This document shows, piece after piece, positions 1 through 11,122 of a stretch of 64,000 bases of DNA. Where the stretch lies: positions 27,466,001 through 27,530,000 of the forward strand of contig OZ287755.1 of the NCBI GenBank assembly GCA_965649765.1, written 5' to 3'. Each line of letters starts with the position of its first letter. The stretch's first letter is position 1. The notes below the pieces were generated by a model, which was given only the letters and a program-made list of their open reading frames with translations, made no database searches and was not told the origin of the DNA. The translations under genes were made by a program, and so were the position numbers. Source of the stretch: Bispira polyomma. Taxonomy: Eukaryota.

Positions 1-230
1 TAAATTTAAGAAAAACTGTAACTCCTTATACAAATTAAAAAAGATTCTAAAAGGCAAATTTAATAATGGTTATTAGATATTTCTCTGATCATTTTTATGT
101 ATTGGTAGACTATTAGTAATGTAAAGAAAATATAACTCCTTATGCAAGTTTAAAAAATTCTAAAAGGCAAACTTATTAATGGTTATAAGATGTTTCTTTA
201 ATAATTTGAATGTATTAATAGACTATTATT
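1..230. repeat. Two diverged ~113-bp tandem units (truncated by window edge)
   Basis: taactccttat..aaattctaaaaggcaaa..taatggttat..gactatta occurs twice. Confidence 0.6.
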
Positions 231-252
231 AAAATTGTATTTAGTTCTGTTA

Positions 253-482
253 CATAGGCGGTCACAATAGTGTCCGGGTCACAATAGTGTCCGGGTCACA
301 ATATTGGTCGATGCACATTTTAAAGTTTCAAGTGTAGATTTCTCAAAAATACAAAATAGTATTCTGTAATTTAATTTATAGGCATAAAGTAGCATGTGTT
401 TTCAATATTAATTTCCGTCAGCTAGTTCTTTAAAAATGCAGCGGACACTATTATGACCCGGACACTATTGTGACCACCCGTG
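253..482. mobile_element. Tc1/mariner-type MITE, copy 1
   Basis: ~40-bp TIRs (cataggcggtcacaatagtgtccgggtc / gacccggacactattgtgaccacccgtg) flanked by TA at 251-252 and 483-484. Confidence 0.8.
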
Positions 483-830
483 TATGTGTATATATTATCA
501 ATAATAAATAAGCTGGAATTAAGCAATTAGGGGATAGTCTTGATGAGTTTCTAATAACTTTTGCTATCTCCATTTCAATATTTCTGTAATCTCTAATTAT
601 TTTTATATTAGTTTGTCATATCTATATTTATATTTCCTTTATTCTCAATCTCTGTAACTTTTTTTGGCATAAGTATAATAATGTTATGCAAACCCAGAAA
701 GTTCCTTCATTACAAGATATAGACATAGTATAATTATGTAAAAATTGGTGTAAATTGCTTTTATATATGTTATTAAATTGAATATATATTTGTTTTCATA
801 TTTATATATACTTGTCACATAATATTACTA

Positions 831-1026
831 CACGGGCAGTCACAATACCGGTCGGGTCACAATACCGTCCGTTGCATTTTTAAATACTTTATCGACGGAA
901 ATTAAAATTGAAAACACATACTACTTCATGTCTATAAATTAAAGTACACAATACTTTATTTTATTGTAAATAAATCTACGTTTTAAGCATTCAAATGAGT
1001 GTCGACCGGTATTGTGACTGCCTGTG
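831..1026. mobile_element. Tc1/mariner-type MITE, copy 2 (inverted relative to copy 1)
   Basis: TIRs cacgggcagtcacaataccggtcg / cgaccggtattgtgactgcctgtg with TA flanks; internal sequence is the reverse complement of copy 1. Confidence 0.8.
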
Positions 1027-1162
1027 TATTACAGAAAGACATAAAAATTATTATGATTATTATTATAATGTACTCAAAAGTATTCAGTAACCTGGGCCTG
1101 TATTTACGAAGGGACTTAGCCAGGTCTTAGGCTTAAATCTAGAACAAAAATATACTGATTTA

Positions 1163-2749
1163 GGTAAATACTAAAACTTGGAGGTAATCGCCTCCGTGAA
1201 GGAGAAATCGTCTAAAATCGCCTAATGCACTTTATACAGGGTTAAAAAAATTGCCCAAAATCGCCTAAATCTTGGGAGGTGGCTCTGAAATCGCCTGAAT
1301 CCATGGAGGTAGCTTGAAAATCGCCTAAATCTTGGGAGGTAGCTTAAAAATCGCCCAAATCTTGGGAGGTAATTTAAATAAACTCGTAATTTCATACAAA
1401 TTAATTGTGTATGAATGTATTATTATATGCATTCCAATAAATAACCAATGTATTGTTATATTTATTGTTCACCCGATTTGGGGACTTTTATATACAGTCT
1501 AGGATTTAATTTTGTATTTATGTGTTCTTATATGTATTATTATATTTATTGTTCATTTGATTTGGGAATTATAATATAGAGTCTATAGGATTTAATTTTG
1601 TATTTATGTATTCTTACATGTAATATTATATTTATTCTTCATTCGGTTTGGGAATTATATAATATAGTCTAGGAATTATTTTTTCATATTTATTCTCCAT
1701 GTAACATGCCGAGCTACAAATTAAACAAATGCTGAAAATGATAGATAACTTTATTCACAAAGAAAACAGGATCAAGAAATATACAAAATATACAATTTAA
1801 CCAGCAAGGCTGGGACTGCCTGGAACAGGTAACACTACATAAAATACATTCTGGAACATTCCATCTTCCCTGAAATTAGAACCTGACTGATATAAAAAGT
1901 TAGCAAGTCTGGATCATACCTATAACTAATAGGTCCTATCCTGTATACTTATAACTGTTATATTTAAGTCATTAAACTAATACCTATCAACATCAAACAG
2001 CTACATTACATTTAAAAGAAAAGATGTGTTAATCACAGGTTTTACCCTGTCAAGCAACACACAAATGAACTAAGCACAAATAATCATTCTGGGTTTTACC
2101 CCTTAAACTATAGGTTTTACCCTATTAAACTTAACTATGGGTTTTACCCCATTAATACCACCTCATGTTGACCTGTCCAGTTCAGCAAAGAAATGAAGAG
2201 AGCATGGCCCTTATACAGCCAAAGTCCCAGACCCACCAAACAGGGGAGAATAACTTACCAGACAGAGCCTCCCATTGGCTAAGGGTTTAGTCACAACCCA
2301 AACTTTGAAGGGATAACTTCCCAAAAACGAGTGTCAACAACAAAATCCTATCTAGCATGGAGAATCATATCAAACACATTAAACAATAATAAAAATAATA
2401 AAGAATAGAATATCTACACAAGACAAAGGTTTGTAGTTACAAATATTGTTAATAAAATGTTTATTACGGACCACGGCAATTAGCGGCTCACGCACGTGCT
2501 ATAATTACAGCATTAGCGGTTCACGACATCCACATCCGTAATAATGTATATTGTATTATGTAGTTACCCTGAGTGAAGAATAAAAGAACTCCTAAGATGG
2601 GAGCCAATTTTAGAGCTACCTCCTAAGATTCAGGCGATTATCAAGCTACCTCCCAATATTCGGGTGATTCTTGAGCTACCTCCCAAAATCTAGGCGATTT
2701 TACCTCCGTGGCGGAGCTCCGTATGGAGCTCCGAGCTTTAGTAACTACC
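1163..2749. mobile_element. Non-autonomous MULE/MuDR-type element
   Basis: 9-bp TSD ACTGATTTA (1154-1162, 2750-2758); TIRs ggtaaatactaaaacttggag / ctccgagctttagtaactacc; ~30-bp subterminal repeats aaaatcgcctaaatcttgggaggtagc inverted at the two ends. Confidence 0.85.
1700..2441 (-). mobile_element. Possible solo LTR inside the MULE
   Basis: TGTAAC...GTTACA termini; minus-strand CCAAT (~2275), TATAA (~2211) and AATAAA (~1750) in LTR order; not present after the shared sequence in MULE copy 46971; no TSD seen. Confidence 0.4.
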
Positions 2750-2790
2750 ACTGATTTAAGCCTAAGACCTGGCTAAGTCCCTTCGTGAAT

Positions 2791-3158
2791 AAGCCTATTC
2801 AGCATTTCGAGTGCGCATGTCCACGTTGGGATAAATAAAAGCACATGTAGGCGATAACGACAGAGGATTTAGAGATCTCGCAAAATGTCAGCAATTTCTT
2901 TCCACTTCAAATTTTAGAAATAATTAAAACAAATAATATAAATTATTAATATAGGCAACCTTGGTATCGAAAGAAAGGTTTTGATGAGAGCTTCTCGATT
3001 ATAAGTTCAGTTTTGCAATAATAGTATGTTATAACATTTAATTTTAGCAAATGTAAATACGTGATCTGTTTTAGTTAGCTTTTAGTGGTTTGTTTATCCC
3101 GAACCGAAGCACACACATGGCTATTTATACATGCGCACTCGGAATGCTGAATTGGCTT
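2791..3158. mobile_element. ISL2EU-like MITE
   Basis: ~30-bp TIRs aagcctattcagcatttcgagtgcgcatgt / acatgcgcactcggaatgctgaattggctt; AT duplication at 2789-2790 and 3159-3160 inside the right TIR of the Harbinger MITE. Confidence 0.7.
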
Positions 3159-3704
3159 ATACGGCCCCTGCAAAAATTTACTGGTTGTCAAGTAAAGCGG
3201 CCAGATTCTTCTAAATAATTCACATTGTAGAATGTGTCACTTACCACTTGCAATCTCATTCAATGATGGACAATGTAAAGGAACTTTCTGTGCATTGTAC
3301 TCGCTTGAAGTCATGTTGTTTGAAATAATTCTGGCACATTAATATAAATATAACCCCAAATCTTCCCTTATCCTTAACCGGAAATGAGTTGCCGATGGTG
3401 GTACATGGTTAGTACTATACCTCGGACAATTACGCCCTGCTTTAGGGCGGTTAGATCAGGGCGACAGGGCGGTAATTTGATGTTGTTTAATACACCGTTT
3501 ACTGAGCCAATTGATTAAATAGATGTATCTATATGAATACTTCACCTAAAATATTCGTTTTGGTACCAATAGGAAACTCTTATTATGTAGCTTGTTAATT
3601 TGAAATTCAAATATAAGCTTCTGTAGATATTGTTTTGTAAAATTGCACTGTATATCCAAAATTGTTTAAAATAGCACATCTTTCCTTGTTACCTGTAGTT
3701 TATT

Positions 3705-4170
3705 CTTTTTTGTCTCCAACATATAACTTGGACAAAACCGTCCTGCTCATATGTTTTAGTGGTGTTTTGTAGTTCTTCATACAAATCAAATTAATTGTTT
3801 TTTTTTAGTCTCCATCTATAACTTGGACAAAATCGCCCTGCTCATATGTTTTTGTGGTGTTTTGTAGTTCTTCATACAATCAAATTAATTGTTGTTTTTT
3901 TGTCTCTAGACCATAACTTGGACAAAACCGCCTTGCTCATGTGTGTTTATGGTAAATCTGTAGTTCTTCAGACAGAAAAAAAAATTTTTGTCTCCAACCT
4001 GTAACTTGGAAAAAACCGCCATGCTCATATGTTTTAGTGGTGTTTTGTTGTTCTTCATACAAAGCAAATTAATTGTTTTTTTGTCTCCATCTATAACTTG
4101 GACAAAATCGCCCTGCTCATATGTTTCAGTGGTGTTTTGTAGTTCTTCATACAATCAAATTAATTGTTTC
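3705..4170. repeat. ~90-95-bp tandem repeat, about 5 copies
   Basis: Unit ataacttggacaaaa(t/c)cgccctgctcatatgttttagtggtgttttgtagttcttcatacaaatcaaattaattgttttt; explains the spurious ORFs at 3906-4194. Confidence 0.85.
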
Positions 4171-6469
4171 ATTCTATTTGCTGGAATGGAATAGGTGCGA
4201 TGGAAAGGTGCAATATGGGGGTGCGATATTGGGTGCCCCCAACCCCAATTTGAAATTCAGAAATTGGAGTAGAGGGGGGAGGTGCGATTTGTTTGGAGAG
4301 ATAACAGGGATATAGTTGTTGTTTTTTTATTGAATTATAGTTGCATGCACCTCGTTTAAATGTCAATACATTATTACATAAATATGGTTGCCCATCCACT
4401 TTAATTTGATATATAATTATACATATTATTTAATTAAAGCATTTATGACTTAATTCATGTTTAACATTAATATTCAAAGAAATTAGACACTGCATGTGTG
4501 ATGTCAATTCTATTATTATTCAGTCACGGAACCCAACTCATAATTAATAAACATGTCTAGGTAATTGTTAGGCATTTCTGAATTTTTACAACTAGGAATG
4601 GGGAAGGGAGGGGAGGTGCGATCTTTAGAACCTGGAATGATTAATCCTATTTACACTTTAGAATCTGGAATGATCAATCCTATTTTAATAACATATGGGA
4701 TTGCCATCTCTTGTTTAAACAAGATTAAGGTTAGAAATTATTTCCTTGATTCTTAACATGCCTGGTTAACTAATTCTATTGACTGAACTAATTGTTGTTC
4801 AAATAATCCAATAAACTAGCACAGAGTATTGCCATCTTTTGTCAATGGAACTAATGTGTGAATGACAATTGTAATTAACTTCTAATTAATATAAACATCA
4901 TATATATACCTCCCCCCTCCATTCCAAGTTCATAAATATGATAGGGGAGAGGTGGGGGGGTATGAGGAGTAGGGTGCGATCTTTATATTAATGATTTAAA
5001 AGGGGTGAGATCAGCCCATTGGAATAACATATATATGTATATGTATATATATAAAGACTTCTTTGTCAGTTTCCTGGCTTGTATCTAACTATATACATAC
5101 ATGTGTACACCCATATATATATATGTGTCATAGTAGAAAGCCCAATTTGGTAGAATTTTAAATTCTACCGGTAAAAACTCTAATTGGACTTTCTACTGGT
5201 AGACAGTCCAATTATGTTTGTTAATTAAGCAATGACTGGCCTCTGTGTATAATCTGATTAAAAAGTCATACTGCCCTCATATAATGCTCAAGCATCACGC
5301 CCCCGGGGACATCAATATGTAGATCGCACTCCCCCCTCCATTCCAAGTTAAAATGGGGGTGCGATGCTTTTTGAACTTGGAATGGGGGTGCGATCTTTGC
5401 TTACAGTACTTGTGATGTTTGCAGTAGTTAAATTTTTTATAATTTGCAGAGTTTTGTAATTGAGATATAATTTTCAGTATTATTAGGCTGTTCTACTGGT
5501 AGGGTTTCAGATACTTATCTGTAAACTCCGCCCATCTGCGCAGTGACAGAGATACTTAACTGTTTTACTACCAGTCACACAGAAAAAATAAGTATCTACA
5601 ACCGAAGACAAATGGAAATTGACGAAGAAGTATACCACGTGCATGATGGGTGATATATCCATATTTTACCTTAAAAAACAATACTATCAGGGATGCTAAC
5701 CTATTTGTTAAATTATATGTCCATATAAGAGATTTATTCAAGCAAAGATGACTACAAATATATTATTATTTAATTTAATTTTTATCATTATATAAAACGT
5801 CACACAATGTGGTGGAGCAGTCAAAAGTCGAAAACAACTAAATATCCTGATTTGAAAGTTACTACTTCAAAGTGCTCTCTACTGAAACCTATCAAAACCT
5901 TATATTTGCAAGGCAGTCATGTGATTTATTTAGAAAGTTAACCAGCGAGATATGTGTATAACTTCGGTACTTATCATTTTTGAATATTGACCAGACGAAC
6001 AGTGAGAGATACTTATCTTTCTTTCAGATTAAATAAGATAAGTATCTTTCCTACCAGTCGAACGTGGGTACTGTTGCCGGTTTGAACATGGGATATCTAC
6101 TATACCTCGGACTTCATCTCGGATGTATTCGGACTTTTACGGCAATCCTGCATTTCTGATTAATTTACTAATTTGGGGGTAGTATTGAACATTTAGTTCT
6201 TACTTATTATCGTTTGATTTCTTCACATTTTAACGCAATTTTTCAAATGTTCTAGAATTCTCTATAAAACGTTCATATTAATTAAATAGATATGTACATT
6301 GCCATATTATTTTAATTTGTTTCTCACTAGAAACCTAACATAAATTGATATTAATGTAATATATATGCACACTGTCTTCTATAACTTGATTTATTAATAT
6401 GTTTTATACAGCATTAATAAAATATTAAGTTGTTTTATTTGTACATCATCACCCCTCGGACCATCAAAC

Positions 6470-7010
6470 ACAGAGAGTTTTTAGCAACCTACAGCGTTCT
6501 GAGCAATGGCAGTGATGATAATGGTATTGTCTGGATGTTATCACAGTAGTTAGAAACGCTTACCAAGGCAGTAAAAAGTTTACTACATGATGTTAATTTG
6601 GAGATTGTGGCTTCAGTAAATATTCAGTTCATCAGGGGGGCTAGTCCCCAATAGCTTTTAATAACCGTTGTAAGCATGCAAATCATCCTGGATGGCGCAA
6701 AACAGGAATCTGTTTGTCAGAAAATTTCACAAACTGATTCTAGTCCAGCTTTGCAATATACTATATTGGCAAAACGTATCCAGGAATAGGTGGACAGAGA
6801 GCTCTATAGTATGTTGAACTTTAGTATGTTGAATTTGAGTAAAAGGTTCAATCTGGTCACTTTAGAGTAGGTGGTGAAACACCATGCCAGAAGTTTGTAA
6901 TTTGGCCTCATGATTTGTGATTTATTGGAAATGATAAAAGGGTCATTTATGATGAGCTCACTTTGCCTCAGTGGTTTCAAGCGTTTAATATATATGTGTC
7001 TTGAAAGAAC
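6470..7010 (+). pseudogene. Degraded gag fragment of the Ngaro-like family at 9740
   Basis: 6847-6990 translates VQSGHFRVGGETPCQKFVIWPHDL*FIGNDKRVIYDELTLPQWFQAFN, matching VKSGQFRVGWETPCKRFVYWPHDLCFIGSDCKRVTYDELTLLQW at ~10530; left boundary approximate. Confidence 0.75.
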
Positions 7011-7189
7011 AGGTTAGTTGTATCAGAGGTAACATATTAAGATAGACCAAAATCAAATTTGATCAGTGAATTATGGGTAACGGATGGGGTTTCAGATCAT
7101 CTAGCAAACTTTGCGTATTTAAATTTGCCAGTACCTGCATCACTAAAACCTCATGTGATAAAATACCGAAATATCCAAAAAACAGCACT

Positions 7190-8040
7190 GGTATCAATAA
7201 TTATAATATAAAACACCACTTATATGCTGATAACACTCAAGTCTATCTATCTTGCAACCCTCGAAATGTAAATAAAATACTGATCTACTCACAGACTGTC
7301 TGTCCGCTGTCCATGCGTGGACAAACTATTCTAAATTGTTATTAAATCCAGACTCTTTGGAAAAAAGAAAAACAGTGAATTCCTAAAATTTTTGTTCCCC
7401 ATTTCCCCTCTGGGAAAAGATATACTATTTTCCGAAAATGCCAAAAACTTGGGTGTCAATAATAACTGTGGCTAATGCTATTGCGAGTAGCTGCCTCGAC
7501 TACTGCGACTCTCTTTTGTTTGGAGTAAACAAATCACAAATTCAAAACTCCAGTCCATTCAAAAATATCTTTGCAGTGTGATTTTTAGTTTGGGTGGTCA
7601 CACAGATGTCACTCCTTACCTCAAAAAAACTACACTGGCTCCCCATTTACTTTTGAATGTTGTTCAAAATTCACGTTACCACTTTTAAAGATGTAGTAAT
7701 TGAATATCCCTCCTACCTTGCTTTTCTTCTCTCTTTCAGTATCCCAAAAAGAGGCAACAGACTTTCTGTTTCTTTGGTCAGACCCACCGGAAAAGCAGGA
7801 TCCAGAGCTTTCTCCATTGCAGCTTCCTTGTTATGGAACAGTCTCCTAGTTGACCACTGATCAGTAGAGACACTCAATGGTTTTAAGAAAAAGCCTAAAA
7901 GCTATCTTTTTAACCTTGCCTACCCACCTTAGTACTTTGCCTGTACGCCCCACATCCTCTCTTACAACTTTGCTATGCTCATGGACTTAACGATTGGATC
8001 ACTGATTCCGCTATTGCACTTTAGAAGATGTCTAAATTGT
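7190..8040 (+). mobile_element. L2-clade LINE 3' relic
   Basis: KHHLYADNTQVYLS (RT YADD region), TPYLKKLHWLPI, SRAFSIAASLLWNSL; 3' tail shared with 45783-45906. Confidence 0.8.
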
Positions 8041-8299
8041 GTCTGATTTGCTTCAAGATGCTATGGATTTGGGCTGGTTGATTGTAAGAGAAAAAGGACA
8101 AAAACGGGCAAGGGTTGGTTACAAATTAAAAAACAATTCACACTGATAATAGTTTGACTTACAATGTAAAAGGTGGGCACCTCTATGCGTATTATTTGTC
8201 TAAAATTCTTAAATCATGTTTTAGTTACTACTTATATCCTAGAAAAAGTACATTGTAATGTATCTTGTCACCCAATAAATAATAATAATGGAAAAAATA

Positions 8300-9720
8300 G
8301 CATGTACAACAAAACTTCAGTAAATGTTTAACAGTCTTACTAATGACAAAAGTAATACTGAAGAAGTTTGTTGTAGGATTTTCAACAGCAAGTTATATGT
8401 TAGTTTTGTCACACTATTGTTACTTTACAAAATTGTCTGTAGTATTGTAAACTCTTACAAACTTAGTAATTTTATTGGCAATGCTTGTTTGTATATGCAC
8501 ACAAGTTTTAGTAAACTTACACTGTAGTAAATGGCCCAGAGGTGGACAATATTAATTTGGACGTCAGTTTTGTGTGAAGGCATATTTCTGGGTGTTGCAT
8601 TTATGGCTGTCGAAAACAGCTATCTATCTAATGTAGTCAATGAACAGTTTGTAGGTACCAGAAGTTCTAGTGTTAATCCAGAATTTATCGTTAGTTTGAT
8701 CTTTACTGTCACCGTCTTTACCATGGGATTCCCCATTATCTGTACTTTGGTCACCATTAGATTCGCTATTGTCTGTACTGTCACCATCAAATTCTCCATT
8801 GTCTGTACTGTCTTCACTATTAATAAGATTATCAAACATCTGATAATTACGATGTACAGCTCACTTTAGAGCTTTTCTGAAGTTATCATCCTTTACCTCC
8901 ATGAGATTTTCAACGTCTTCCATTATTTCCCTGTGTATGGTACTGCGTTTCAACTTGCAGGCTGTAAGCACAATATCTTTGTACTTTTTCACAATGAACT
9001 TTTTATAATTGTATAGTACAACTTCAGTAGCTTTCTGGCATGATTCAAGGTCAGAGTTCACATTTTCTGCATAATCTCCAGCTATTCGACCATATTCGTC
9101 ATTGTATTCATCATAGTTCTCATTGACAATATCATCCCACGTTTTTTATCATTGTTGGGTTTCCAAGACACTGTTTTGAAATAGTTAACTTTATGTCTAT
9201 CAAATCGATACCAAGCAGTTAAATTATAGGTTCTGCTCTGTCAAACTTGCTAAAATTAGAGTTCAGTGTACATCAAGGCTGATGTCATTGACAAGTACAA
9301 ATCAATTTATTATCATTTCTATGCTCATGATACACAACTCCATGTTCATTTATCAAATAAAAATGCAACTTCTGCATTTTAAAGCCTTCAAAGCTGCTTT
9401 GACAATAGTGAGGTTGCGAGAACACTGGCTAGTAGCAAGCTCGTTAAGTGACTGGGGGTCAGGGACGTCTAGCCGAACTACTTTTGTAGAAGTAGTACAT
9501 TTTTGGCACCAACTGGGACGGCCGTATAATTTTATTGGTAACACCGGATTTGTGTTCCAAAGAGATTTATATTTGTGTTACAGGGATAGTTGGTAACACT
9601 GGATTTGTGTTCCAGAGAGATTTTATATTTGTGTTACAGTGATAGATTTTATTGGTAACACCGGATTTGTGTTCCAAAGAAATGGTGTAGAAAACGTTCA
9701 CAAAGAGGCTTATATACTGG
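8300..9720 (-). mobile_element. Degraded cluster of short intronless ORFs, possibly Polinton/Maverick-derived
   Basis: Compact head-to-tail minus-strand ORFs (9353-9544 DVPDPQSLNELA; 8861-9150 helical TWDDIVNENY..HREIMEDVENL; 8624-8839 acidic tail); TATATAAG at ~9710; resemblance from memory only, no hallmark gene. Confidence 0.35.
9528..9680. repeat. Short tandem repeat of ggtaacaccggatttgtgttccaaagag, 3 copies
   Basis: Direct repeats at ~9536, ~9591, ~9654. Confidence 0.75.
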
Positions 9721-9797
9721 TGTCCCAGTTGGTGCCCTAGAAATCTCGAAAGACTCGTGTTATTTCGCTTTTAAGTTTGACTGTGGTTACAGCAGTT

Positions 9798-11122
9798 ATG
9801 AGGAGCTTCAAGAAACCTAAAGGACTAAGTGCTGGTCGGATAGTAGCGACTAGAACCAGCAAAGATACTGTCCCAGCGACGGCTAGCTTGCCAGGGAAGA
9901 AGTTAAAGAAAACTAAACAGAAAGGGACTAACGACAGCTTGTTCGGACCGTTAGGTGGAGCACAGGGTCGAGGTCCAATAGACATTTCAATGCCAACGTC
10001 TATAGCTGTGGAAAGTGGTCAGTTTCCTAGTCGTACAGGAACCAGAAGTGTAGTCAAGGCGAGACTCGCAGCTGAGGCTGCTGGCAGGCTTTCTGTATCA
10101 GAGCTAACTGGTCAGATGAATTCATAGCAAAACCTTGGCAGTGGTGATCCTCAGACGTCAGATGTATTTCAGCAGTTGGGCCAGTTGACGCAGGCGGTGC
10201 ATTTTTTGAATGATGTTAACTCGCAGCTGATGAACCGGGTGGATACTATTGAATCGAGTACAAGTTCGGATGTTGTGGCTGATTCTGGTGTCAGGGCAGC
10301 CGTTACTGCCCCAGTAGTATCTGTTAACCCTCCGAAGATTTTTCCCTCACTGGGAGGGGCGAAATCGTCACATGAACAGTTATAAACTTTCAGATCCGGT
10401 TTGAATGTTGTTAGTTCGGATCTGGCTGTGCAGCAAGAAGTTCAGAGGAGATTACTGGAGATGGAGGATCAAGAGGAGCAAGTACTGGACTTTGGTATGT
10501 CAAATTTTCGAGCTAGTAACCGAAAAGTTAAGTCTGGTCAGTTTAGAGTTGGATGGGAAACCCCTTGTAAGAGGTTCGTGTATTGGCCTCATGATCTGTG
10601 TTTTATAGGAAGTGACTGTAAAAGAGTAACATATGATGAGCTTACATTGTTACAATGGTCGTTGGGTTTCAATAGATGTATTCTTAAAGAATCTGATTTG
10701 CAAGTATAGCAAAACATGCTTAAGTACAGTACTGAGTTAATGCAAAATGCTATGCATCTCGGTTGGTCAGTAGCCAAAGGGGCTCACAGGGTTATTATGT
10801 GTAGTATGGAGGACAGTCTGTTGACCTGGGCTGAACCAGATAAAGTGAATGAGATTCGGCGGCAGTTTGGCCAGAGACAAGTAGTGGCTAATGCCAAGTC
10901 AGGTTATGTTAAGTCAGCTTCCGGTTTCTCCAATAACAGGGAAGTATGTACTAATTTCAGTCAGGCACTTGTGAATCCAGTGTATATCACAAAGTAGGCA
11001 ATGTTTGGCTCAGGCACATTTGTGCTTATTGTATGAATACCATGAATCGGCCATATCCTCATAAGAAAATGGACTATCAAAAGAAAAAAGCAAAAAACGG
11101 TGGCGCTACCTCTCGGCAGTAA
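9798..11122 (+). pseudogene. gag-like ORF of Ngaro-like copy 1
   Basis: ORFs at 9777, 10176, 10401 and 10716 are one frame broken by single stops; WPH..YDELTLLQW motif; frameshifted C-terminal Cys/His finger. Confidence 0.8.

Larger units (their letters stand above)
1095..3167. mobile_element. Harbinger-type hairpin MITE (~107 bp) interrupted by two nested insertions
   Basis: CTG TSD at 1092-1094 and 3168-3170; after removing 1163-2758 and 2791-3160 it matches the intact copy at 46246-46352. Confidence 0.8.

Noticed and set aside
1171-2741. TA-TSD interpretation of the element at 1163
   Set aside because: Extending the TIRs by 8 bp reveals a perfect 9-bp TSD, and the copy at 46971 confirms the GGT terminus.
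8531-8869. Plus-strand multi-TM membrane protein ORF
   Set aside because: It is the antisense shadow of an acidic repeat-rich ORF on the minus strand.
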